Below, piece after piece: positions 1-7,930 of a DNA stretch of 64,000 bases. The number at the start of each line of letters is the position of its first letter. Within the stretch, counting starts at the first letter, position 1. Position numbers and translations under genes: made by a program. The stretch is taken from positions 7,423-71,422 of the forward strand of contig JAWXBB010000103.1 in NCBI GenBank assembly GCA_034439795.1. Direction: 5' to 3'. Source of the DNA: Planctomycetaceae bacterium (lineage in GTDB: Bacteria; Planctomycetota; Planctomycetia; Planctomycetales; Planctomycetaceae). The notes below the pieces were generated by a model. It saw nothing but the letters and a program-made list of their open reading frames with translations. It had not been told where the DNA came from and ran no database searches.

Positions 1-28
1 GAGGGTCGGGGTGAGGGGGCGAGCGCTC
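1..28 (-). repeat. REP hairpin family, partial copy at window edge
   Basis: GAGGGTCGGGGTGAGGGGGCGAGCGCT is the reverse complement of the conserved 5' part of the REP unit. Forms an inverted pair with the copy at 95..155. Confidence 0.7.
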
Positions 29-94
29 CCTGCCGTGACCATGTCAAACGAGCGCTCGTCCTCGCTGACGCTTCGGGTTAGTATTCCGAGCGTT

Positions 95-155
95 GCGAAG
101 CGCTCGGCCCCCTCACCCTAGCCCTCTCCCCCGAAGACGGGGGAGAGGGGACCGG
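95..155 (+). repeat. REP hairpin unit
   Basis: GCGAAGCGCTCGGCCCCCTCACCCTAGCCCTCTCCCCCGAAGACGGGGGAGAGGGGACCGG. Perfect 12-bp stem CCCTCTCCCCCG/CGGGGGAGAGGG with loop AAGA (122..149). Confidence 0.9.
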
Positions 156-170
156 ATATTCAGAAGCATC

Positions 171-1439
171 ATGCCGCACGTGGTCATCGTTGGAGCCGGG
201 TTTGCCGGGTTGAATGCCGCCAAGGGGTTGGGGGGCGTTCGCGGCGTGGACGTGACGCTGATCGACCGGACCAACCATCACCTGTTCCAGCCGCTCTTGT
301 ATCAAGTGGCGATGGCGGGGCTGAGTCCGGCGGACATCGCCGCGCCCATCCGCAGTCTGTTGTCGCAGCATCGGAACATCCGCGTGTTGCAGGGGGAGGT
401 GCAGCGCGTCGATCTGGCCCGCAACGCCGTCGTCGCGGACTTCGGCGAGGTGACGTTCGACTACCTCATTCTCGCCTGCGGTGCGCGGCACAGTTATTTC
501 GACCACGAGGAGTGGGAAGAGTTCGCGCCGGGCCTGAAGAACCTCGAACAGGCGACGGAAATCCGCCGCCGGGTGTTGTCGGCATACGAAGCGGCCGAAC
601 GCAGCGCATCCGCTGACGAGCGGAAGCGGCTGTTGACGTTCATCATCGTCGGCGGCGGACCGACCGGCGTTGAGCTGGCCGGCGCGATCGGCGAGATGAG
701 CCGGTTCACGCTCGCCAAAGATTTCCGCAACATCGACGCGACCTCCGCACGGGTGATCCTGCTGGAAGCCGGGCCGCGGATTCTCCCCATGTTCGGCGAG
801 ACATTGACGGCCCGCGCGACCCGCGATCTGGAGCATCTGGGGGTGCAGGTCTGGACCAACAGCGCGGTGACGAAGATCGACGCCGACGGAGTGGAGATCG
901 GTTCGGAGCGCCTCCGGGCTGCGACCGTGTTGTGGGCCGCGGGGGTCAAGGCGTCGTCGTTGGGCCAGACGCTGGGGAGCGAGGTGGACCAGCAGGGGCG
1001 CGTGAAAGTCGAGACCGACTTGAGCCTCGCCGGTCATCCGAACGTGTTCGTTGCCGGCGATCAGGCGTGCTTCCTGCATCAGACCGACAAGCCACTGCCG
1101 GGGACCGCTCCGGTGGCCATGCAGCAGGGACGGTATCTCGCCCAACTCATCCGCCGCGACCTGAAGGGGCAGCCGCGGCAGCCGTTTCACTTCGTCGACA
1201 AAGGCCAGATGGCGACCATCGGCCGCAGCCGGGCCATCGTGGAGGTCGGCCGGATGCAAGTGTCCGGCTTCCTCGCGTGGCTGATGTGGCTGGTGGTCCA
1301 CATCTACTACTTGACCGGCTTCAAGAACCGGCTGCTGGTCGTCCTGCAATGGGCGTGGTCGTACGTGTCGTTCCGCCGCGGCGCGCGGTTGATTGTCACG
1401 AAGGACTGGCGGTTCCATCCGCCGTCGAAGGATGCCTAG
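171..1439 (+). CDS. ndh: Type II NADH dehydrogenase (NDH-2), FAD-dependent pyridine nucleotide-disulfide oxidoreductase
   Basis: ORF 93..1439. The first 26 codons read through a REP hairpin (PPHPSPLPRRRGRGD), so the start was moved to ATG 171. MPHVVIVGAGFAGLNAA is a GxGxxG Rossmann motif. A second dinucleotide fold is IIVGGGPTGVELAG. Length and layout are typical of NDH-2. Confidence 0.85.
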   Translation: MPHVVIVGAGFAGLNAAKGLGGVRGVDVTLIDRTNHHLFQPLLYQVAMAGLSPADIAAPIRSLLSQHRNIRVLQGEVQRVDLARNAVVADFGEVTFDYLILACGARHSYFDHEEWEEFAPGLKNLEQATEIRRRVLSAYEAAERSASADERKRLLTFIIVGGGPTGVELAGAIGEMSRFTLAKDFRNIDATSARVILLEAGPRILPMFGETLTARATRDLEHLGVQVWTNSAVTKIDADGVEIGSERLRAATVLWAAGVKASSLGQTLGSEVDQQGRVKVETDLSLAGHPNVFVAGDQACFLHQTDKPLPGTAPVAMQQGRYLAQLIRRDLKGQPRQPFHFVDKGQMATIGRSRAIVEVGRMQVSGFLAWLMWLVVHIYYLTGFKNRLLVVLQWAWSYVSFRRGARLIVTKDWRFHPPSKDA

Positions 1440-1464
1440 CGGCGTTTTCAGAGCCGCATCGTCT

Positions 1465-1687
1465 TTACGCCGAAGGCGTTGTCTCTCAAAGCCCAGGGTC
1501 GCGAGTCTGCGAGCGCACCCTGGGTGGCGATCGCTGGCGAACCCAATACCCTGAAAGGGTTTCATCAGGGTTAGACGCCGCCGGTGATGCGACGCTTTCA
1601 GGGTCGATACGTCTCAGACGCCATGTCCCCAGGGTGCGCTCGCGGACTCGCGACCCTGGGCTGTGTGATCGAACGCCTTCGGCGTAA
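1465..1687 (+). repeat. Palindromic MITE-like element, family A, copy 1 (223 bp)
   Basis: Begins TTACGCCGAAGGCGTT and ends GAACGCCTTCGGCGTAA. Internal paired arms: CCCAGGGTCGCGAGTCTGCGAGCGCACCCTGGG / CCAGGGTGCGCTCGCGGACTCGCGACCCTGGG, and CCCTGAAAGGGTTTCAT / GCGACGCTTTCAGGGTCG. Near-identical copies occur at three other sites. Confidence 0.9.
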
Positions 1688-1749
1688 TTGGCCTCCGATC
1701 AATGTCCCGTCGCCAACGGCAACAACCAAGATTGGTTTTGAAACCACTT

Positions 1750-2478
1750 CTAATCCGGCGGCTCGACGTCGCCCCGCCGTTGCAGCCAATGCGCGACCAG
1801 CCAGCACGCGAGCGCCCACGTCAGGCCGGCCATCCAGCCGGCGAGGACGTCGGTCGGGTAATGGACGCCGAGGTACACGCGGCTCACGCCGACCAGCAGC
1901 GTGAGCAGCAACGACAGAGTCAACACGTAAACCTTCAGCCTCATGCGGGCCATCACGCTGGCGACCACCGCGCCCAGCGTGAGATAGACCGTCGCCGACA
2001 GCATCGAATGCGCACTGGGGAAACTGCTCGACGTCACATACGAAAGGTGCGGCACCAGCGACGGCCGCGGGCGGTCGAACAGCGACTTCAACCAGAACGC
2101 CAGCGCGGTGCCGCTGCCCGCGGCGATGAGCAGGAACGCGGCCATGTGCCGCTTGCCGTCGAGCCACAAATATCCCGCGACGGCGAGCGTGAACGAGACC
2201 AGCCAGCCGACGCCCCCCAGCGCCGTGGCGTCGCGGCCCATCTCGGCGAGCCAGCGGGGACCAATCGGCCGCGCGAGCTCATCGGGCCGCCGCAGCGCCC
2301 GCACCGCCCAATCGTCGAACGACTGCGTGTCCCCCTCAGCGACGTTGTCGGCGATCGCGATGAACGCCCACGTCCCGGCGATCACCAGCAGCGTGCCGAG
2401 CAGCACGACCGGCTCGCGATCTCCCAGCCAGGCCCAGATCGCGTGAGGTTTCCGATCTGACGGAGCGGACGATTTCAT
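1750..2478 (-). CDS. PAP2-family phosphatase (phosphatidic acid / undecaprenyl-diphosphate phosphatase-like membrane protein)
   Basis: ORF 1750..2709 trimmed to ATG 2478, because the upstream part translates REP repeats (LTLTLSPEDGGEGTG). PAP2 motifs SFPSAHS and SRVYLGVHYPTDV are present, with several hydrophobic helices. Confidence 0.8.
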   Translation of the reverse strand: MKSSAPSDRKPHAIWAWLGDREPVVLLGTLLVIAGTWAFIAIADNVAEGDTQSFDDWAVRALRRPDELARPIGPRWLAEMGRDATALGGVGWLVSFTLAVAGYLWLDGKRHMAAFLLIAAGSGTALAFWLKSLFDRPRPSLVPHLSYVTSSSFPSAHSMLSATVYLTLGAVVASVMARMRLKVYVLTLSLLLTLLVGVSRVYLGVHYPTDVLAGWMAGLTWALACWLVAHWLQRRGDVEPPD

Positions 2479-2632
2479 GCACGGACTTTCACGGCCACAA
2501 CGCGGTTCCGGTCGATGTCTCGATTCGGCCCTTCGAGTCACCACGATAACCGCCCGGTCGGCCCGGCCACCAGCGGCGTCTGCATCCGGTGGGAGCGCGG
2601 GTGTGCAACCGCTTCGGGATGGATTCTTTTCT

Positions 2633-2690
2633 CCGGTCCCCTCGCCCCCGTCTTCGGGGGAGAGGGTTAGGGTGAGGGGGCCGGACGCTC
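2633..2690 (-). repeat. REP hairpin unit (inverted)
   Basis: Reverse complement of the REP unit. Left member of an inverted pair. Confidence 0.9.
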
Positions 2691-2760
2691 GTGCCGTGTC
2701 CAACACCAACCCGAAGCGTCAGCGAGGACGAGCGCTCGTTCGACTTTGTGCGCGGCAAAA

Positions 2761-2816
2761 AGCGCTCGCCCCCTCACCCCGACCCTCTCCCCCGAAGACG
2801 GGGGCGAGGGGGCCGG
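2761..2816 (+). repeat. REP hairpin unit
   Basis: Right member of the inverted pair. The spacer contains GTGTCCAACACCAACCCGAAGCGTCAGCGAGG, which is also seen at 31596.. Confidence 0.9.
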
Positions 2817-2847
2817 AAAAGGCCAACGGCCAACTGCCCGACATTGC

Positions 2848-4077
2848 TCACCGCGCAGCGCTCGGCCCCGCGTGCTCCCCGCGCGCGAACTGACGCAGAT
2901 CCTGTCCCTTGATGACGGCGGCGATCAAGTCCGGCAGGCGGTTTGGCGTGCAGCCGAAGCACGGCATCCCCAACCCGGCCAGCTTCTCCGCCAGGCGCTC
3001 GTTGTGCGACGGCTGCCCCTGGTCCGAAATCGCCAGCAGACCGACCGCCTTCAGCCCCCCTTCGAGCAGCGATTCCATTTTCTTGACGAACCGGCTTTCG
3101 TTGGGGCTCGTGTCGTGCAGATCGGCCAGCAGGACGTACAGCGTTTTCGCCGGCGTGTGCATGAACCGCTCGCAATAGCAGGTCGCCTTCCAGTAGTCCT
3201 CGGCCCCGCCCAGTTGGATGCCGAACAGCAGGTCGACCGGATCGGAGCAGTGTTCGGTCAGGTCGACCACGTCCTCGTGATTGAACGCGACGACGTGGGT
3301 TTCCACGGAGGGGAGGCTGGCGAGAATCGCCCCCATGATGCCGCCGTAAATCAGCGACGTCGCCATCGACCCCGACTGGTCCATGGCGATGATGATGTTC
3401 CACTGGTTCTGGCGCTGTTGCCGGCCGAAGAACGAGATGCGTTCGGGGACGATCGTCCGCACTTCGAGATTGTAGTTTTTCAGATTGCGGCGGATCGTCG
3501 TGGGCCAGTCGAGATTCGGCAGGCTGCGAAACGGGCTGTGACGATTGCGATTGAGGGCCCCCCGAATCGCCTGCGCGAACTGCGACTCCAGCCGCTTGCG
3601 GACCTCCTCGACGGCCCGGCGGACGACGTCGCGCGCCGCGTCCTTGGCCTTTTCGGGCACCAGATTCTTCAGCGTCAGCACCATGCTCGCCAGATCGACG
3701 GACGGCTCGAGCTGCGCCAACAGCTCCGGCTCGAACAGCAGTTGCTTGATCCCCTTGCGTTCGATCGCGTCCTTCTGCAGCAAAACCACGATGTCCTTCG
3801 GGAAGAACTCGCGGATCTGGCCGAGCCACCGCGCGACGCGCGGAAACGTCCGCCCCTTCACCGCCCCGTGCGGACCGGTCTTGGGCGACTCCCATTCCTC
3901 GCGCGTGATTTCATCGTCGCTCGCGTTGTAAATCGCCTCCAACGCCTCGTCCATTTGCAGGTCGTCGCCGGTCAGCGCGCAGCCCCCGGAGTGATACGCC
4001 GACAGGCTCTCCTCGGATTCCTTGCCCAGAATCAGCCGCCACCGCCGCAGGGATTCGGGATCGACGGATGTGCTCAT
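2848..4077 (-). CDS. vWA domain protein, CoxE-like (YehP-like)
   Basis: 409-aa ORF. MIDAS motif IIIAMDQSGSM (DxSxS). N-terminal RRWRLILGKE helix region as seen in CoxE-type vWA proteins. Lies 21 nt downstream of the DUF5682-like gene in the same operon. Confidence 0.8.
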   Translation of the reverse strand: MSTSVDPESLRRWRLILGKESEESLSAYHSGGCALTGDDLQMDEALEAIYNASDDEITREEWESPKTGPHGAVKGRTFPRVARWLGQIREFFPKDIVVLLQKDAIERKGIKQLLFEPELLAQLEPSVDLASMVLTLKNLVPEKAKDAARDVVRRAVEEVRKRLESQFAQAIRGALNRNRHSPFRSLPNLDWPTTIRRNLKNYNLEVRTIVPERISFFGRQQRQNQWNIIIAMDQSGSMATSLIYGGIMGAILASLPSVETHVVAFNHEDVVDLTEHCSDPVDLLFGIQLGGAEDYWKATCYCERFMHTPAKTLYVLLADLHDTSPNESRFVKKMESLLEGGLKAVGLLAISDQGQPSHNERLAEKLAGLGMPCFGCTPNRLPDLIAAVIKGQDLRQFARGEHAGPSAAR

Positions 4078-4098
4078 GTTGTGAATTCCACAAGGATG

Positions 4099-6420
4099 CT
4101 ACAGGTCGCCAAAATCGAACTCGTTCAAGTCGGCAAGCGTCTGTTCTTCCTGCTCGGTCAGCGGTTGCTCGATCAATTCGCTGGCTGCGTCGGCGTGGAC
4201 GCCCCAGTGCTCGCCGAGATTCTCGGCGATGTGCCGCTTCTCGCGCGGACTGAAGCTGCCGAACGCGCGCCGCAGAAACACCAGCGCCCGGCGGAACTGG
4301 TCGTCGTCGAGCGCGGCGACGTAGTCGGCCAACTGCACCCACAGCGTTTGCCGGGTGAGCAATGCGTAGCGGTTGCGCCGCGATAATCCCTCGAACCAGC
4401 CGGCGCCGAGGTCGGCGGGAATGCCCGGCGACAACCGGCGGGACACCTCGCGGGCCAGCGCATCGTTGGCCATCAGGCCGCGCTCCAGCAGGATCGCGCA
4501 GGCGTAGCCGGACAGCAGCGGGTTGCGGTCATCGGCGTCGGCGAGCCGTTGCAGCCGGTCGATCCACAGCGATTCCTCGACGCGGTCCGCATACTCCAGC
4601 GCGACCTGATTGAGCTCGTCCATCGCCGCCAGGATCGCCCTGGCGGCCTCGTTGTCGCAGGTTGCCGCCCCGTGCAGCGCCAGCGAACCCTGCACGAACA
4701 GTTCCTCAACGAGCGGCAGCAGCGGGGATGGATCGAACTTGCGGACATCGCCGTAACGGATGATCTGCCCCAGCGCGCGAGCCGCATGCGCGATGGCGGT
4801 GAACTCCGACGTGCCTGCCGACAGTTCCTGCAACCGCTGTCGGGCCGCTTCCATCGACTTCATCAGGCCGCACTGGCAGGCGTCGCGGATCACGTCGGCC
4901 GCCTGCGCGATCGTCGGGCAGGCCTCGAGCGTTGTCTGGAATTGAAAGCCGACGGCCAGCTCGACGGTCTCGCCGAGCAGCACCGCCTCGATCAGTTGGA
5001 TCTCGCTCTCCGGGGACCATTGCAGATGCCACTTCTCCGCCCAGTTGGTCGATTGCTGCGCGGTCCGCTGCGCCGTCGCGAAGCCGACGCCGAGCACGCG
5101 CAGCCGATGAAAGAACGACGACCGGCTCAAATCCAAAAACGCCGCCTCCGTCGATTTCGCCTGACGGTTCTCGCGCAGGTCCAGCGTCAGTTCCTGCTTG
5201 ACGGTGGTCTTGTATTTCTCCAGCTTCAGCCGCGCGAGTTCGCGCTCGAAGTCGACCTGGATCGAAGTCCGGCTGACCCCTTTGGGCAACTCGCCGATCG
5301 CCGTGCCGACGTCGACCCGGGCCAGGGCATCCCGAACGGTCGACAATTCGCCGTGACCGACGAGCGTCACCGCGGCGTCGCGCAGATCCTTCAGCGTCGG
5401 GGCCAATCCGTCCTTGAGAGCCGACAGCGTGTTCGCGAGCCGCACCCCTTCGATCACCTCGGCCGTCGAGCGGTGGGTGCCGGATTCCCGCAGGTGCCGG
5501 ACCACGAGCGACAGGTACCGCGACGGCAACTCGGCGAGGTCGTTCCGTTCGAGCGACTCCCACAGCAACTCAAAGTACGCCGGCGCGTGATTGCCCGCCC
5601 CGTAGCCCGATTGCGAAGAGAGTTTGAAGTACGAATACGGCATCAGTGTCAACTGGCTGGCCCGCCGACGCAGCGATGCGAGTTCGTCGTCGGTCATCGG
5701 CAGGTGGTCGCCGTTCAACACCGACGCATGAAACGCGCCGACCACTGCGACGATCTTTTCGGGCTTGTATCCCGCGGCGACGGCCTCGGCGATCCGCCGC
5801 CGCATGTAGGCCTCGCGGACCAGACTCTCCGCCCGCCGGCGGACGGAGTCCCGTTCCAGATCGCGCAACGACTGTCCGAACTCGAACGCGGCGAGGCGAT
5901 AGCTGTCGTCGCTCAGGTTGTGCTCGAAGTGCCGCTCCCAGTACGTCTCGTAATCCGCTTCGCCCGCCTGTTGCGCGTACTGATCGTGAATCGACGGCCC
6001 GCGTTCGGGGGGTGTAAGATTCTCCGGCGATTCGGTCGGAGGATCGAGTTGGTTGCCGGCCTGTTCGAGCAGTTCCGCCTCGATGTCCTGCAACGCGAGG
6101 AAGATGTCGGACGGCAGGTCGATGAACATCACCCGGACGTCGTGTTCGGCCGCCCATTTGAGCGCCTGATACTCCGGGCTGTAACGCGCCAGCGGATAGA
6201 CCAGCGTCCGGACCGGCAGCGAATCGGTGTAGGCCAGAATCGCGATCGGCGGCTTCGTCCCCGGCCGCGTGATGTCCGGGATCAACGCATCCGCATCGGC
6301 GAGCCCCTCAATCAACACCAACTCCGGCCGCACGCGGTCGAGATAACGCCGCAGATGCCACGCCCCCGTCGGCGACAGATGCCGCACCCCGAAGACGTTG
6401 ATTGGTCCGGAGCCATTCAT
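4099..6420 (-). CDS. Large alpha-helical protein, DUF5682-like (YehM-like)
   Basis: ORF 4099..6504 trimmed to ATG 6420 (MNGSGPINVFGVRHLSPTGAWHL). This start forms an ATGA overlap with the stop of the upstream AAA+ gene. The approx 770-aa size and N-terminal FGVRHLSP motif recall DUF5682/YehM. Family assignment is from memory, not from a search. Confidence 0.65.
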   Translation of the reverse strand: MNGSGPINVFGVRHLSPTGAWHLRRYLDRVRPELVLIEGLADADALIPDITRPGTKPPIAILAYTDSLPVRTLVYPLARYSPEYQALKWAAEHDVRVMFIDLPSDIFLALQDIEAELLEQAGNQLDPPTESPENLTPPERGPSIHDQYAQQAGEADYETYWERHFEHNLSDDSYRLAAFEFGQSLRDLERDSVRRRAESLVREAYMRRRIAEAVAAGYKPEKIVAVVGAFHASVLNGDHLPMTDDELASLRRRASQLTLMPYSYFKLSSQSGYGAGNHAPAYFELLWESLERNDLAELPSRYLSLVVRHLRESGTHRSTAEVIEGVRLANTLSALKDGLAPTLKDLRDAAVTLVGHGELSTVRDALARVDVGTAIGELPKGVSRTSIQVDFERELARLKLEKYKTTVKQELTLDLRENRQAKSTEAAFLDLSRSSFFHRLRVLGVGFATAQRTAQQSTNWAEKWHLQWSPESEIQLIEAVLLGETVELAVGFQFQTTLEACPTIAQAADVIRDACQCGLMKSMEAARQRLQELSAGTSEFTAIAHAARALGQIIRYGDVRKFDPSPLLPLVEELFVQGSLALHGAATCDNEAARAILAAMDELNQVALEYADRVEESLWIDRLQRLADADDRNPLLSGYACAILLERGLMANDALAREVSRRLSPGIPADLGAGWFEGLSRRNRYALLTRQTLWVQLADYVAALDDDQFRRALVFLRRAFGSFSPREKRHIAENLGEHWGVHADAASELIEQPLTEQEEQTLADLNEFDFGDL

Positions 6421-7553
6421 TCGTTGTGCTCGGAACACGCCGTGAACAGCGGCCGCCATTCCGCGCCGCGCTTCTTGAGGACGTTTGACAGATACTCCTG
6501 CCACGCGACGCGGTCCTTTTCCTCGTCCTTCACGACCGACCCCTGCAGGCCGGCGGCCAGATCGTGCGGTGTCACGTCGCCGGTGCCGAAGCTCCCGGCG
6601 AGCGCCATGCTGTTGGCGAGGACGGAGATCGCCTCCGCGGTCGACAGCACGCCGCTGGGGGATTTCAGCTTGGCTTTGCCGTCGAGCGTCTGGCCGGTCC
6701 GCAGTTCGCGGAAGATCGTGACGACTTTCTCGATCGCCTCATCGGCGGGGACTTTCGCCTTCAGCTCCAGATGCAGGGCGAGTTCGCGGACCCGGCGGCG
6801 GACGATGTCGATCTCGCTTTCGATGGTCGCCGGCGTCGGCAGCACGACCACGTTGAACCGCCGCTTGAGCGCCGCCGACATGTCGTTCACCCCGCGGTCT
6901 CTGGTGTTCGCCGTGGCGATGATCGAGAACCCCTTCTGGGCGGGCACCTCCGTCAACAGCTCGGGAACGGAGAGCCGCTTCTCCGAGAGGAGTGAAATCA
7001 TCGCGTCCTGCACTTCCGACGCACACCGCGTGATTTCCTCGAACCGGGCCAGCGATCCGCTCTCCATCGCCCGGAAGATCGGACTGCGGATCAGCGCCTC
7101 GGGGCTGGGGCCGTGGGCGATCAGCATCGCGTAATTCCACGTGTAGCGAACCTGCTCTTCCGTCGTGCCGGCGGTTCCCTGCACGACTTTCGTGGAATCG
7201 CCGTTGATCGCGGCCGCGAGGTGCTCGGACAGCCACGATTTCGCGGTGCCCGGCTCGCCGATGAGCAACAGGGCACGGTCGGTGACCAGCGTCGAAACGG
7301 CGATCTCCACCAGCCGCTGATGCCCGATGTATTTGGGTGTGATGGCCGTGCCGCCGACCGAACCGCCGCAGATGTAGGTCAGCACGGCCCGGGGCGACAT
7401 CCGCCAGCCGGGGGGCTTGTCGTGTTTGTCGGCCTGAATGAGCGCTTCCAGCTCCTTCGCATAGAACACTTCCGCCGGCACGCGCAGCATCCCGCCGACA
7501 TCGTTGGTCTCGGAGGGGGCGGCATCGGCCATCGAGTCTTTCTTCTTGCTCAT
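6417..7553 (-). CDS. MoxR/AAA_5-type AAA+ ATPase (YehL-like)
   Basis: 378-aa ORF. Walker A LLLIGEPGTAKS. Walker B region SLARFEEITR. Sensor-1 IIATANTRD. Arginine region ALKRRFNVV. Confidence 0.85.
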   Translation of the reverse strand: MSKKKDSMADAAPSETNDVGGMLRVPAEVFYAKELEALIQADKHDKPPGWRMSPRAVLTYICGGSVGGTAITPKYIGHQRLVEIAVSTLVTDRALLLIGEPGTAKSWLSEHLAAAINGDSTKVVQGTAGTTEEQVRYTWNYAMLIAHGPSPEALIRSPIFRAMESGSLARFEEITRCASEVQDAMISLLSEKRLSVPELLTEVPAQKGFSIIATANTRDRGVNDMSAALKRRFNVVVLPTPATIESEIDIVRRRVRELALHLELKAKVPADEAIEKVVTIFRELRTGQTLDGKAKLKSPSGVLSTAEAISVLANSMALAGSFGTGDVTPHDLAAGLQGSVVKDEEKDRVAWQEYLSNVLKKRGAEWRPLFTACSEHNE

Positions 7554-7658
7554 GCGGTTGCATTCTGCTGAGGGAATCGGGCATTAAACGGAATGCTTAC
7601 AGCGTGCATCGCGATTCAGGATTGAGGGTGCGGAGGCATCGCCATTATTCCCGGATTG

Positions 7659-7857
7659 CAGCCGCGGAGCGGCGACAGATCGTAGCCCCAGGCGTGAGCC
7701 TGGGGAAACATCGTCGTGGTGTTGTTCAGCCCCGAAGGGGCGACAGAAGCTCGATTGCGCGACGCATCTCTGTCGCCCCTCCGGGGCTGGCGTGTTCCCC
7801 GGCGACTGGTCCCCAGGCTCACGCCTGGGGCTACGATCTGACGCCCCGCTGGGGCTG
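7659..7857. repeat. Nested-palindrome element, family C, copy 1 (inside the SWIM-HEAT-MoxR-vWA operon)
   Basis: Outer arms GCGACAGATCGTAGCCCCAGGCGTGAGCCTGGGG / CCCCAGGCTCACGCCTGGGGCTACGATCTGACGCC. Inner arms AGCCCCGAAGGGGCGACAGAA / CTGTCGCCCCTCCGGGGCT. Confidence 0.85.
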
Positions 7858-7930
7858 AAGACCAATACCGACTGAAGCTTCATGGTGGATCCCACACAGA
7901 ATCGTGACGCACACGCATACCGCTACCCCG

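Noticed and set aside
93-170. N-terminal extensions of real genes that read through REP or MITE repeats. Examples are ndh from 93, the PAP2 gene from 2709, the enolase-family gene from 31677, DUF1501 from 17893, and nuoA/nuoB/nuoK/nuoH from their far upstream starts.
   Set aside because: The extensions translate repeat DNA (PPHPSPLPRRRGRGD, LTLSPEDGGEGTG) or the 3' end of the preceding gene in another frame. Internal ATG/GTG starts give canonical N-termini, signal peptides or ATGA coupling.
78-1565. 495-aa minus-strand ORF antisense to ndh. Similar long antisense or offset ORFs occur at 2746..4386 +, 4549..7134 +, 7904..9370 +, 11215..14349 -, 14087..16069 +, 16139..17515 +, 17812..19275 +, 25445..27193 +, 28874..30142 -, 32005..33276 -, 41945..43267 -, 45703..47217 +, 47373..49391 -, 50159..51922 +, 52471..54741 +, 54766..56133 +, 56759..58225 +, 59358..60488 + and 61229..63271 -.
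   Set aside because: These are shadow ORFs typical of high-GC DNA. Their translations are Arg/Gly/Pro/His-rich with no motifs. Each lies opposite or offset to an ORF with clear family motifs and sensible composition.
1-2816. Could the recurring approx 55-nt REP units be a CRISPR array?
   Set aside because: The copies are scattered over 32 kb in both orientations, with irregular spacing of 60 bp to many kb. They are separated by genes, the spacers share sequence, and no cas genes are present.
7659-7857. tRNA-like or other known ncRNA within the family C / family A palindromes.
   Set aside because: I could not fold any of them into a cloverleaf with conserved T-loop and D-loop features. They are long symmetric hairpins. 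They are reported as repeats only, and any RNA function is untested.
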